From a virus: 64,000 nt of DNA. Position 1 is the stretch's first letter, and the number at the start of each line of letters is the position of its first letter. A model generated the notes under the pieces. The model made no database searches, was not told the origin of the DNA, and worked only from the letters and a program-made list of their open reading frames with translations. The stretch lies in IMG/VR virus record IMGVR_UViG_3300050821_006746, positions 1 through 64,000 of that record; one strand, written 5' to 3'. Below, in pieces: positions 30,983 through 41,034 of the stretch. Both the position numbers and the translations under genes were made by a program.

Positions 30983-31140
30983 TTATCAGTAACTCATAAG
31001 AAGCAAGTCAGTTGCTTATGAGTTACTGATAATTTGCTCATATGGACCTACTGTACATCTTATTCTCTGCTTATCAGCAACTAACTACATGGTCATGAGA
31101 ACTACATGAGTTACTAATCAGTTGAACATCAGTAGGTTAT
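30983..31140. repeat. parS-like repeat cluster
   Basis: 18-bp IR TTATCAGTAACTCATAAG / CTTATGAGTTACTGATAA plus further ATCAG and ATGAGTTA copies. Confidence 0.6.
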
Positions 31141-31192
31141 GTGTAAGTTTTATGCCCCATCGGCAACCACCACATTGTTTCCACAAATCCCC

Positions 31193-31260
31193 TTGACAAT
31201 GGGAATATCAAAGTGTATATTTGTTAGGACGGTTTGTTTAAGTCAATCTGATAGGACAAA
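31193..31260 (+). promoter_or_regulatory. Promoter with GntR-type ATAGGACAA site
   Basis: TTGACA-N17-TATATT; TTAGGAC at 31224 and ATAGGACAA at 31251. Confidence 0.7.
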
Positions 31261-31589
31261 ATGACTAGGCAAACAGCAACCCAAACGCAACGCACCCTAA
31301 CAACCGAATAGATCTCCCCGCTTGAGCACTGCCTCGTGAGTTGTCGAAGCCTCCCAGATCGGGAGATAGAGTGAGCTGGCGTATCGCCAATAAAAATAGC
31401 AGCATGGGGGACCATGTGAGCATTGGTAGCAATACTGGTGTTCTTCTGTGAAGAGGGAGAGAACAAAGCAATCTTGACGGTCATATTAGCCGTAGTTTCT
31501 GGCATCCTTGCGCAATCACGCCACAATCGCGTGTATCGCCTTGACAACAGGGATGCCAGAGCACCCGGCAAAGCAAAGACAGGTGCAAG

Positions 31590-31859
31590 ATGGAAGGTTA
31601 CAGAGCCTATTGTGCGTGTTGTGCGAATTACCGGCTAGTGCGTCGGTACATCACTGGTGAGTATTTCTGCTATCGTTGTACCAGCAAGATTAGTACTGGC
31701 TTGACAAAGCGTGGCGTTGATCTGGGGAATAGGGAGCAGGTGCTAGCGGGGATCGATGATGCGGTAAAAGAAATTGAGGAGTCTCTAGCAGGACAGAAGA
31801 AGACATTGGAGAGGGATTATCGAAAGAGCAGAAGACCAGCAAGGATTATTTCTTCTTAG
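31590..31859 (+). CDS. Zn-finger protein
   Basis: CACC..CYRC. Confidence 0.55.
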   Translation: MEGYRAYCACCANYRLVRRYITGEYFCYRCTSKISTGLTKRGVDLGNREQVLAGIDDAVKEIEESLAGQKKTLERDYRKSRRPARIISS

Positions 31860-32352
31860 CCTTACGAGCACAGGAAGCACACCAATACGTGTGTTGATCG
31901 ATCCGATGCAACGGCTTGTCGTGCTTATAGCACTTCGGACAAGTACCACGCATCTGCGAGACACCATGCACTTGGGTGAGATACATGCCTCGCTCGTCAA
32001 GTAGTGGCTTATGTTTCTTTTCTGGCATAAATAGAGTATAACACGACAAGAAAGGAGAACACACATGATTACACCAATGGAGGGCAGGCACGCAATCACG
32101 GCGTTTGTCGATGCGCATCCTGTATGGAAAAGCGTGAAGTCCAGCCTAAGCACCCAGGAACGCGATGAAAAGCAGTACATCTACTTTCAGGGATCTGAAA
32201 TTGGGGTTGTGTGGCAGGAAGGCCGTAACATTTACGCCGAGTCATTTTGGGGCTATTCACCCAATTTGGTATAGCGCCAAATAGCCGCTTGCCTCATCAT
32301 CCTGGCAGCGAGGCAAGCAGCTAACACAAAGCAGAGTTGTAAGTGAACAATG

Positions 32353-32604
32353 CTACTTCTTCGCAATCACGGTAGAGTGTTTCACGTCAACGACAATAAG
32401 CGCATTACGTAGCGAGGTAAGGTAAATAAAGGCAAATAGGCAGAGCAACAGGAAATCGAGGATGGCATGAGCATTCACGCCGAAGGAGCCGCCGAGAATA
32501 TCTATAGAAAAGGCGCGACTATCGGGGAAGCGCCAAAAAATAAAGGCTATCCACGATGCGAGCAGGGTAAAGCCCAACGATAAGAGATAAATACGTCGTA
32601 ACAC
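32353..32604 (-). CDS. Small 2-TM protein
   Basis: Two TM helices, RBS AAGGAGG. Confidence 0.6.
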   Translation of the reverse strand: MLRRIYLLSLGFTLLASWIAFIFWRFPDSRAFSIDILGGSFGVNAHAILDFLLLCLFAFIYLTSLRNALIVVDVKHSTVIAKK

Positions 32605-32684
32605 GGCCGCCTCCTTGCTAGCTTAAATACATGCATAGTGTACCATAGTATATCAGCAAGTGGAAGGGTCTAGTTATAACAAGG

Positions 32685-32907
32685 CGCAAAACGACCGCCC
32701 TGGTTTAATGAGCGGTCGTTTTGCGGATCTTCTTCATTTACCTTTTGTGCATGTGTTCCTGCGCTACTCGCTCACTCTTTCTGCTGTGCTTCACTGCTCT
32801 ACCCGGTTACGATCCGTACTAGGATGAGTCATGCGAAACTTGTAGCCGGAATGTCCGACTAGAAACATTAATGGCAGAATCATAGCATATCAATGCAAAT
32901 CGTTCAA
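32685..32907 (-). ncRNA. Candidate antisense sRNA unit
   Basis: TTGAAC-N17-TATGAT promoter; terminator at 32685-32725. Confidence 0.5.
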
Positions 32908-32919
32908 CAAAGGAGCACT

Positions 32920-33288
32920 ATGGAAGAGATTAGACAAAACGATCGGGTACAGGTTGTAGGCATGTGGCCTGATAGTGCAAGAGGCTATGTCAAGCATATC
33001 ACCACGATTGGTGATATGGCTTATGTGGTCTTTGACAAGGTGCAACAGGCCAATGAGGAAGAGGATCACAACTGGTACGAGTACAACTGGTACACGGAAG
33101 AGCACCTGCTGAAAATCGAAAGCCTCAAGTTAGGTGATCGTGTCGAGATCATAGCAGAATGGCCTATTGGTGTGATGGGTACTACTGGCCAAAGGAGCAA
33201 CGATATGATCTGGGTTACGTTTGACCAGGAGCAAGATGGCAGTGATGGAGGCTGGTATCGAGAAGCACATTTGAATAAAATCGTGTAG
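32920..33288 (+). CDS. Tandem SH3/KOW-like domain protein
   Basis: Two repeats DRV.(V/I)...WP....G...V.FD.....WY.E.HL.KI. Confidence 0.65.
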   Translation: MEEIRQNDRVQVVGMWPDSARGYVKHITTIGDMAYVVFDKVQQANEEEDHNWYEYNWYTEEHLLKIESLKLGDRVEIIAEWPIGVMGTTGQRSNDMIWVTFDQEQDGSDGGWYREAHLNKIV

Positions 33289-33391
33289 AGCGTCAAACAG
33301 CCGTCACGCGGTCTTCCAAGAAACGTGACGGCCATTCTCATCCGGGCACCCACTAGTGTCACCTGGCTAGGGTGTCCAAAGAAAGTATACT

Positions 33392-33646
33392 ATGACTACC
33401 CAAATCAAGCAAGCTGGCTTGCACCTGAGCGCACCAATAGACAACTGCGTTGGCAGGCAATATCGTGTGTCAGATGAGTACTGGACGGAGATCGTGACAA
33501 TCGCCAATGGCTGCGTTCACTGCTCATGTGAGCGACATGAGCACATGGCAGAATGTGAGCACATCATGGTTGTCGAGAAGAGAGAAGAAGAGTATCGTAG
33601 TGAGACACAACGTAGGCTTGAGTATTGTTCGTTATTTGAAGTATAG
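33392..33646 (+). CDS. SWIM-like zinc-finger protein
   Basis: CSC......CEHI. Confidence 0.65.
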   Translation: MTTQIKQAGLHLSAPIDNCVGRQYRVSDEYWTEIVTIANGCVHCSCERHEHMAECEHIMVVEKREEEYRSETQRRLEYCSLFEV

Positions 33647-33649
33647 AAA

Positions 33650-35319
33650 GTGAATGATATGAGTGTAGAAGTAACAATAGGCGTAAGCACACGAGTAAAA
33701 GCTGATGTGCAATCCTACGGCATCGTAGAAGCCACCGTGATAGCGGTTATTCCAAATGGGGATGGTAGCGACATATATCAACTCGAATGGACCAATACTG
33801 CGTGGCCCAAAGGTGGGACGGCGGTCTCTCGCGATGAGATCATTGAAGTTTTATCAATGGAGGCATAGCATGGATCTCAAATATACCCGTAAAAAGCTCT
33901 CGGAAGCCGCTATGCGCGCAGAGCACGCAAGGACACTCCCACACGACGACAAGGTATTCCACGCCTTTACAGCGGCAATGGGCGCACTATACGCTTGCTT
34001 TGAGTGGCTGCCCGATGATTTGCAGGCTGATGCGAGACAGGCATACGATGCGTTGAATGCCACATTGGAGGAAGATGTCAATGGATGAGCATACAGTCTA
34101 CGCCGCTATAGAGCAAGGTGAGACGGAGTGGCTGGCCCGCATCCTCGAAGCAGACAAAGAGCCATACTACTTCGTGCCAGGCGGTATCTATAGCGGTATT
34201 GCTATGTTGTTCAAGAGCCTGCTGTGCAAGGCACTGAATAATGCATATATGGATGTGGTAATTGTGAGCGAGGATCTGTTTAATCGTAAGGTAGTTGAGC
34301 GAGAGGCACCTGATCTGCTGATTGAGCAGAATATGACACTACCGTAGAAAGAATAAACGCATGAGCGAATATCAAGACCTGAACATGAACAAATACTACA
34401 ACCCGATGGACGAGAACAAAATTTTCGCTTTACCAACGGATACTGTAACCGAACACCCAGACGCACAGGGGAATAAGACGCTTTACATTACCCGACTGCT
34501 TCCCAATGGGAGTCAAATGAACGCTACCACTAAACCTGATAGGACAATCATTTGTAATTGGCATGAATTTTATTGGCAGGAGCTAGAAAGCTATTAATTG
34601 CGGGTTGGTAGACTGCTGTTTGGCGCTTCAGTGTCAGATAGCAGCCTGTCAATTGGCAGGATGGAAGGGCCACTCTCTACTGAGCAGAATGAGAGTGGCC
34701 GCAGAGAGATGAGACGCAATCGTTGGAAGCGAGGTAGCATCTCAGGAGGATTGTATTATGCGAGAGCATAAAAAGCAAGAAACTACCACAGAACATCCCA
34801 CACCACAACAATGGGCTATCACACTCAAAGAGTACGAGATTGCCTTCTCAGATCGTCATTTCTGCCTGACATGCAGTCAATGGGTAGAAGATGAAGGGCA
34901 CGAATGCGCAGAGAGGCAGGCCGCATAATGAGCAGGAAGGAACTCACTCAATTTGTAAACGATGAGGCACTCGTTGATCTGCTGTACACGTCGCTAGAAG
35001 AAGCACATCCTATCGATTGTGAGTGCGCCTGGTGCAACGCTGAGCAAGGACGCGAGCAAGGCGATGGATCTCACGGTATTTGCGGGTATCACCGCGAAGA
35101 AGTCTATCAAGCGTACAAATCGAGTCGTGTGGCATAATGGACGATAAAACTCTTAGCGAGATTGAAACGCGTTTACGTCACGTTGAACAGGATCTCACTT
35201 CAATGCGCGAAGATCTCCAGAAATACGGAGAAGTGCAGGCGATAAGGGATCTGGCAATCGTCAACCTTGCCATCGATATAGAGCGAGTACAGGCGGTACG
35301 TGACATGATTGGCAATTGA
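33650..35319 (+). other. Chain of small hypothetical genes
   Basis: Abutting ORFs with RBSs; hairpin at 35324-35357 ends the chain. Confidence 0.65.
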
Positions 35320-35555
35320 ACGATATGAGAGCAGGCGCTTGATCGCCTGCTCTCATACTATCCGAGTCTTGTTTGTATAGTTGCATATTTCTTTAATGCA
35401 TAGTACACTTGATACGATTTACAAAACATTTTCACGTACACTAACTATACGTGACCTAAGAATGGTGACTCAAATTTTTTTGCGTACTTTCAACTGTGGT
35501 AGGGAGCAAGCACACAAAAAATCGACCGAGCCGCCTTTTCTTTTTGGCTACTTTC

Positions 35556-36371
35556 TCAGGCTTTTTGTCCAGAGATCATCAGTGCATCGATAAACATCTC
35601 GAAGCCTGGTGCCTCAAAGTCGCTGAACACCTGTGCTTTGATGCTTTCAAAAGCCTCCTCATCAAGCACTTCAAAAAGTACTGGTTTAAAAACCTCAAAC
35701 ACGCTGCGCAAATCGGAGAGGAACCCCTCGCGTCCTTCTATGCCAACGCTCAAATCAAGCACGTATGGCTTTTGCTGGATATTGACGAGTCCCAACGCGC
35801 CAAATATCTTAGCAAACTGGTCAACCTGTGCGTAAGATGTCCCCCGTCTTTGGAGCGCCTCCATGAAATATCCATTCCAACGCTGGAGCGCGTCGCTATT
35901 GGAGTGAGGGGGCTGCTTGAAATCGATCACGCAAAATGTAGCACCTGGCTTGAGCAAATGCGCACAGTCCGCGAATATTTCCTGCACTCGTGAACCAAGA
36001 AACCAGCATGCACAACGCATCTGGATATAATCAAACGCCTTTACTTTGCCGCTTGATTTTGCGATATCAAACATATCGCCCTGTTTGTAAGTGATATTCA
36101 CATGCTCTGTGGACGCAAGGGCACGCGCATAATCTAGCAAGAGGGCACTCTTATCCAGGCCAACACACTCAGCATTTGGATAAGCGTGCGCTACTCTTCT
36201 GAGCCATCCTCCTGTGCCGCAAGCCACATCTAGTACACGTTTAGGATGCATGTATCCTGTAAAAAAGAGTGGGAAGAGATCATTGAGCAATTCGTCTTGT
36301 AAACTGAGTCTCCTTGCCTCATCAGCGTCGCTAGGAGGGATAGGATACTGACCTTGCCTGCTGTTTTGCAT
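35556..36371 (-). CDS. Class I SAM-dependent methyltransferase (LaeA-like small-molecule/protein type)
   Basis: EARRLSLQD, VLDVACGTGGW, GLD, FDYIQMR, LLKPGA. Confidence 0.88.
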   Translation of the reverse strand: MQNSRQGQYPIPPSDADEARRLSLQDELLNDLFPLFFTGYMHPKRVLDVACGTGGWLRRVAHAYPNAECVGLDKSALLLDYARALASTEHVNITYKQGDMFDIAKSSGKVKAFDYIQMRCACWFLGSRVQEIFADCAHLLKPGATFCVIDFKQPPHSNSDALQRWNGYFMEALQRRGTSYAQVDQFAKIFGALGLVNIQQKPYVLDLSVGIEGREGFLSDLRSVFEVFKPVLFEVLDEEAFESIKAQVFSDFEAPGFEMFIDALMISGQKA

Positions 36372-36387
36372 ATCGCCTTCTTTCGTA

Positions 36388-37386
36388 TCAAAACGGAACA
36401 TACGCCCTCGTAGGAAGTTTACCACCATCAAACGAGTGCCGCATGTATCCTGCTAGGATAGGTTCTCCAATGTTTTCAAGCAACGTTGTGGCATTGTTGT
36501 GTATTCTCATGCAGAGATAGCGCTGATCGCTGTCAGGCAACCCTTGCGGATGGCTTTTGCGGATCGGATCTAACATCTCTGCACGTCGCTTTACATTATT
36601 GTGCCGCACAAAATCAGCATCCCACGTTGCCATCTGCTCCTCGTCAAGATCCCAATACCAATCACCAGCAAACTCCCTTGTTTTGCCCCACGCGAGTGAT
36701 CCAATACCTGGAACAGTAACGAAACCAGGATGCCAACTTGCACCGATCCACTGTGAATAGAGCAAGAGATTGGCTGGCAGATCGGGCGAGAGTGGATAAG
36801 GATACATACGTGGCATTTTCTCATCTGGCAATAAGCCCCACACGTAGAACCACGGCGCATCCATTCTCTGACGTGCTGGCATCCAGCGACGCTGTTCTCG
36901 CTTAAAGAGATAGCGCATCATGTAAATACTTGCGACACTATTTGGCTCTAGCGAACTGTGCTTGATTGATCTTAGCAAGTGCTTGTTAAGCCATTCCTGC
37001 ACAGTTGTACGTGGTAACGCCCTAGAAGATGAGTATCTCTCAAATTCACGTCTGAACCAGTCGGGTACTATGCGCTCTGTTTGTGTCCGTGCCTCAGCGG
37101 TTACGGCAGCCACAAGGAAGTACGAGATAGTCTCACGTGCTACTTGGATCTGTTTCCAAATCTGATCGAAAAGTGGTGGAGGCTCTTGTTTACCATAAGA
37201 TGGCAACTTGATTGCGTGAGGATACGCAAAGATATGACGCACGAACGCCTCTGGCAATGGTGCAAAATTTGCCAGATGTGGACGCCATATCGATTCATCA
37301 ATCTCAGGGATCTTGGTTTGTAGCATAAATTTAGGCATCCTTATCGCGTGGTGCTGTAAGTATATCACTCCATCCGTGCATTTCAT
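36388..37386 (-). CDS. Hypothetical protein, possible internal wHTH
   Basis: 332-aa ORF co-oriented with the MTase; RTTVQEWLNKHLL. Confidence 0.7.
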   Translation of the reverse strand: MKCTDGVIYLQHHAIRMPKFMLQTKIPEIDESIWRPHLANFAPLPEAFVRHIFAYPHAIKLPSYGKQEPPPLFDQIWKQIQVARETISYFLVAAVTAEARTQTERIVPDWFRREFERYSSSRALPRTTVQEWLNKHLLRSIKHSSLEPNSVASIYMMRYLFKREQRRWMPARQRMDAPWFYVWGLLPDEKMPRMYPYPLSPDLPANLLLYSQWIGASWHPGFVTVPGIGSLAWGKTREFAGDWYWDLDEEQMATWDADFVRHNNVKRRAEMLDPIRKSHPQGLPDSDQRYLCMRIHNNATTLLENIGEPILAGYMRHSFDGGKLPTRAYVPF

Positions 37387-37918
37387 CGATATTGCACGTG
37401 GAGGTTTGGCTATCTAATTAAGGACAAGGTGAGAAAGCACAGCAACTATACCACATAAGCCAACAAGAACACAAATAGCAATAAAACAAGTAAATAGCAC
37501 GCATCTCCCTTCTGGAAAGCAGAGAATCAACAAAAATACTCAGTATTTCCACCATGCTAAAAAGCACGAAAATCTGCACCTATCAACACCTCGTTGTGTG
37601 ATTTTCCACACTTCAGCCTTGTTATACAAGCAAGCGAAACGTCATAACACCTAATTGCACTGCAAATGCAGTATTCGAGTGAACAGGTAGAGACAAGCAA
37701 CTAGAGTTATAATAAAATGAGGAATTTTTCAGAAACGGCAAATAATCCGCGAACAAAGTACTTGCGGTTCGCGGAGGCATGCATTATTATTAGAGCATAT
37801 CATTTTTCTTTTTGCTCAGGGATGCATCTACTCATATCATTGCGCCAATCCTGAGTAACGAGACAAAACGCAATCATCCGGCTCATAAGAGCCTGCTATA
37901 TAGAAACCGAGGCACAAC

Positions 37919-38158
37919 ATGCCTAGCACAATGATCCAATCTGATATGCCCGTTGTTTTGGGGCATGAAGATGATATCCTCCTAACATTCAAAGAAACCA
38001 TGAAGATGTTGCGTCTTTCTCGCTCTGGTTTGTATCGCGAGATGTGGGATGGCAACATTACGGGATACAAAATCGGGTCAACCTGGAGGTTTTACCGAAA
38101 TGACGCAAGACAGTTACTGCGCCAGGTAATCTACCATCCCGAAAAACGCCCAGCTTAA
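37919..38158 (+). CDS. Excisionase-like HTH_17 protein
   Basis: LLTFKETMKMLRLSRSGLYREMWDGNITGYKIGSTWRF. Confidence 0.85.
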   Translation: MPSTMIQSDMPVVLGHEDDILLTFKETMKMLRLSRSGLYREMWDGNITGYKIGSTWRFYRNDARQLLRQVIYHPEKRPA

Positions 38159-38298
38159 CCCACACACTTACGATTTTTAATCGTGTGAATAGCCATATTA
38201 TCGGCTATCCTGATTAAACCTTGTACTATCAGGATCAATATGCTATTCTTCTGTCATTCGCTGTTTACAGTGACACAGCAAAGGAGATAACCGCCTTG

Positions 38299-38487
38299 AT
38301 GGCAGAAGAATGGATAACAGTGAACACCATCAGTGCCGAGCTTGGAATAAGCACTGAGAGCGTTCGCAAATACATCAACAAACCAGATGGTATAGTGGCT
38401 ACTCTTGTGGGCAACTCATACCGCATCAAACGTAAAGACTACGAAGACTGGCAGAAAAGACAGGAAGGCAAAAAGAAGAAAACTTAG
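38299..38487 (+). CDS. Excisionase-like HTH_17 protein
   Basis: WITVNTISAELGISTESVRKYI..VGNSYRI. Confidence 0.8.
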   Translation: MAEEWITVNTISAELGISTESVRKYINKPDGIVATLVGNSYRIKRKDYEDWQKRQEGKKKKT

Positions 38488-38503
38488 TGACCGTCAAAAG
38501 AGC

Positions 38504-38712
38504 AAAAAGATAGCGCCGCCACCTCCTACAGTTTCGGCGCAATCGTCGGCATTCTCATACCTGGCTGGATAGATACTTATCAGGCTTACGCCTTCGGGCA
38601 CAAAAAAGCACAGGCCATCAAACCTCTGCTCCGCCTCAATTTCAGTGACGAGGTTTGTGTCCAGATAAGTCACTATGCTGCATAGCATACGTGTTGAATG
38701 ACCGATTGTCAA
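38504..38712 (-). ncRNA. Candidate antisense sRNA (~175 nt)
   Basis: TTGACA-N17-TATGCT at 38712-38684; hairpin with U-tail at 38504-38544. Confidence 0.55.
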
Positions 38713-38766
38713 GAATTTGGGCAAAAAATCTGAGGCAAAGAGCGCCCCTGACGGTCATTAGAGAGC

Positions 38767-38985
38767 ATGAGAGACAAAAGAAGAAATGAGAACTATCTTA
38801 CTGTAAAGCAGATAGCAACAATACTTGGCGTATCAGAAAAAAGGGTGCGAGATTACATCAAAAATGAAGGACTCACACCAAAGAAAACACGAGGACGTAA
38901 ACCGTACTTAGTGCATGTAGATGTGTTTAACGCATGGCTTGAGACGCGTACAACATCTGAAGGAGAGAGCAGCGATGACGAATAG
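38767..38985 (+). CDS. Excisionase-like HTH_17 protein
   Basis: YLTVKQIATILGVSEKRVRDYIKNEGL. Confidence 0.8.
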   Translation: MRDKRRNENYLTVKQIATILGVSEKRVRDYIKNEGLTPKKTRGRKPYLVHVDVFNAWLETRTTSEGESSDDE

Positions 38986-40306
38986 GCTATATATGGCAAT
39001 CACCAAAGCAATTATCGTTGTCTCTCTCCTCGTGTTGGCAGTTATCAACACCGCTAAACGCTGGCAATCCCGCAAGGAGCACCACGAAGTGCAACCTACA
39101 CCACAGGATTGCCAGCAACAACAAGAAATAGCCTCCATTATCGAGGAAGAATTTCAGCGAGAAGAGAATTTCAAGGTGTGGTACGCGCAACGCATGGATG
39201 CATCACGCATTATCTTGCCAGAGAAGCAGGTACGCAGGCTCTACGAGACGTATCTGAGCAATGAGAAAATTATCAAATCGCGAGTAGTCAGTGAGGTAGC
39301 AGATTGAAACGACAAGAGAAAAAGACCATCGAAATGCGGGTGTACGTCCCGCAAGGCATACACCGCCTGCTAGTCCAGAGACAGAACAATAATAAGCAAT
39401 TAGACAAGCCCTTCAAGTCGCTATCAGATTTTGCTCTAGATGCGCTGATAGATGGCCTATTTCGAGAAGCGTACTGCGAACAATTGCAAAAAATGAAAGA
39501 GCAACGGACATGAGTGTAGTTGCAGACCCCCAATACGAGGCAACAGAACCGATGGTATCCGTGTTCTCCCAGAGCGGCGTAGATCATCCTGTTGTCTTAC
39601 CAGAGCTGGTATTACCAGCGCAAGCGCAACCTGCTATCACGCACGACGCACATACGCGACTAGATGACCTCCTATGCGTCAAGCAAATGCAGCAAGGTTT
39701 CAAACTTGACATCATTGCCGTGTGGCTGGCTATTCCGTTGCTTTTCGGTTTAGTCGGTTGTGCCTGGGTCTTATTTATTGCTCAATTTTTCAGATTTTTT
39801 AGTTGATTAGGAGTATTCATGCACGAAGAATTAATTATAGTTGCCTACGATCTCCTGAGCAGTTACGTATTGCCAGGAAAAGCCTACGATGTGCTTGAAG
39901 CACTGGCGTACAGATCATCAATAGTAGATCTGGAACAAGAAGATCCTGATGACATTAATTATAACAAATTGAGAGTTAGTGCCATGAAAGACGCCGTATC
40001 TGCTCTGCACGCTGCGCACAAAAAATGGGACGAAGAAGCCAGCAAGCGACAATCCTTTGCCATTATCGATCCCATTTGGAACGAAGTGGAGATGCAAGCT
40101 TGACTACCACAACACGAGTGCCCTACCGCAAAGTCGATGTGCTAGCACTGCGCATTGACCCCAAGCGAACCTGTGATGTAGTCGAGGACCAGCCAGACGG
40201 CGCTACACACGTCAAAGTACGGTGGTTCGGTAAGACGATAGAAGAATACATCAGAAACGAAGATGTCATGCCACTTGGGCAAAGGCCGATAGAAGAGGTA
40301 ATATGA
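38975..40306 (+). other. Chain of small genes including TM proteins and an RHH-like protein (39304-39513)
   Basis: Overlapping start/stop codons. Confidence 0.6.
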
Positions 40307-40467
40307 GCCATTTTGACTAGCGAAACACATACCAATTGGTACGCCTACACGCACTGATAGGTACGTGCTTATGAGTCACAGTAAATCAATATTAATCTGG
40401 AATGATTCCGCTCAGCGGAAAATTGGTAAAAATTAAGTAGAAGAAAGTACCAGGCAGGAGTTGAGAA

Positions 40468-41034
40468 ATGAACAAAATACCAACGCTCTTTTTGCGCAAT
40501 CCTGAGAACATGAAACTAGTTACTCGCGAGGTTAACCCAGATGCGGCGTGGGTAGTCGACGTTTACGGCTTCCCTACCGTCAAAAAAGACGGCACAAACA
40601 TTCGTGTCGCCACAGAAAACGGCATTTGTACCTTTGTTGAAAAGCGGCGCAATCCCACGCGAGAAGAAAAGGCAGTGGGCGCTGAACCTGGCTACGTTGA
40701 TGCGCATCCCAACGATCCTGCCGACAAACACATTTTTGCTGCTGTGGATGCTACCAATTTCACTGATTGGCCTGATGGTGCATGGCCGTGTGAGGCGTTG
40801 GGGCCAAAAATACAGGGTGGCATTGAAAGTCGTGTGCCGTGTCTCTATCCATTTTCATTTGAGCCTGAATATATCTACGCGCAATTTCTGAGAGATTTCG
40901 ATGCCATCAAAGCGTATCTGGAGTCGCATCCTATCGAGGGGATTGTTTGGCACGATCGGGTACATGAGCGATTCGCGAAGATCAAGCGTAGGGATTTTAA
41001 TCTACCGTGGCCTCCAACAAAGAGAGAGAAATAA
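40468..41034 (+). CDS. RNA-ligase-like nucleotidyltransferase (DUF5565-like)
   Basis: KxDG motif (KKDGTN), EALGPKIQG, IEGIVW, FAKIKR. Confidence 0.7.
   Translation: MNKIPTLFLRNPENMKLVTREVNPDAAWVVDVYGFPTVKKDGTNIRVATENGICTFVEKRRNPTREEKAVGAEPGYVDAHPNDPADKHIFAAVDATNFTDWPDGAWPCEALGPKIQGGIESRVPCLYPFSFEPEYIYAQFLRDFDAIKAYLESHPIEGIVWHDRVHERFAKIKRRDFNLPWPPTKREK

Noticed and set aside
30960-31140. CRISPR-like array
   Set aside because: The repeats are inverted and irregular with no unique spacers; parS fits better.
32800-32850. Hammerhead ribozyme (GATGAG...GAAAC)
   Set aside because: The CUGA core and stem II are not properly formed.
37747-37774. LexA box in CCGCGAAC..GTTCGCGG
   Set aside because: The spacer is 12 bp rather than 4; kept only as a generic operator.
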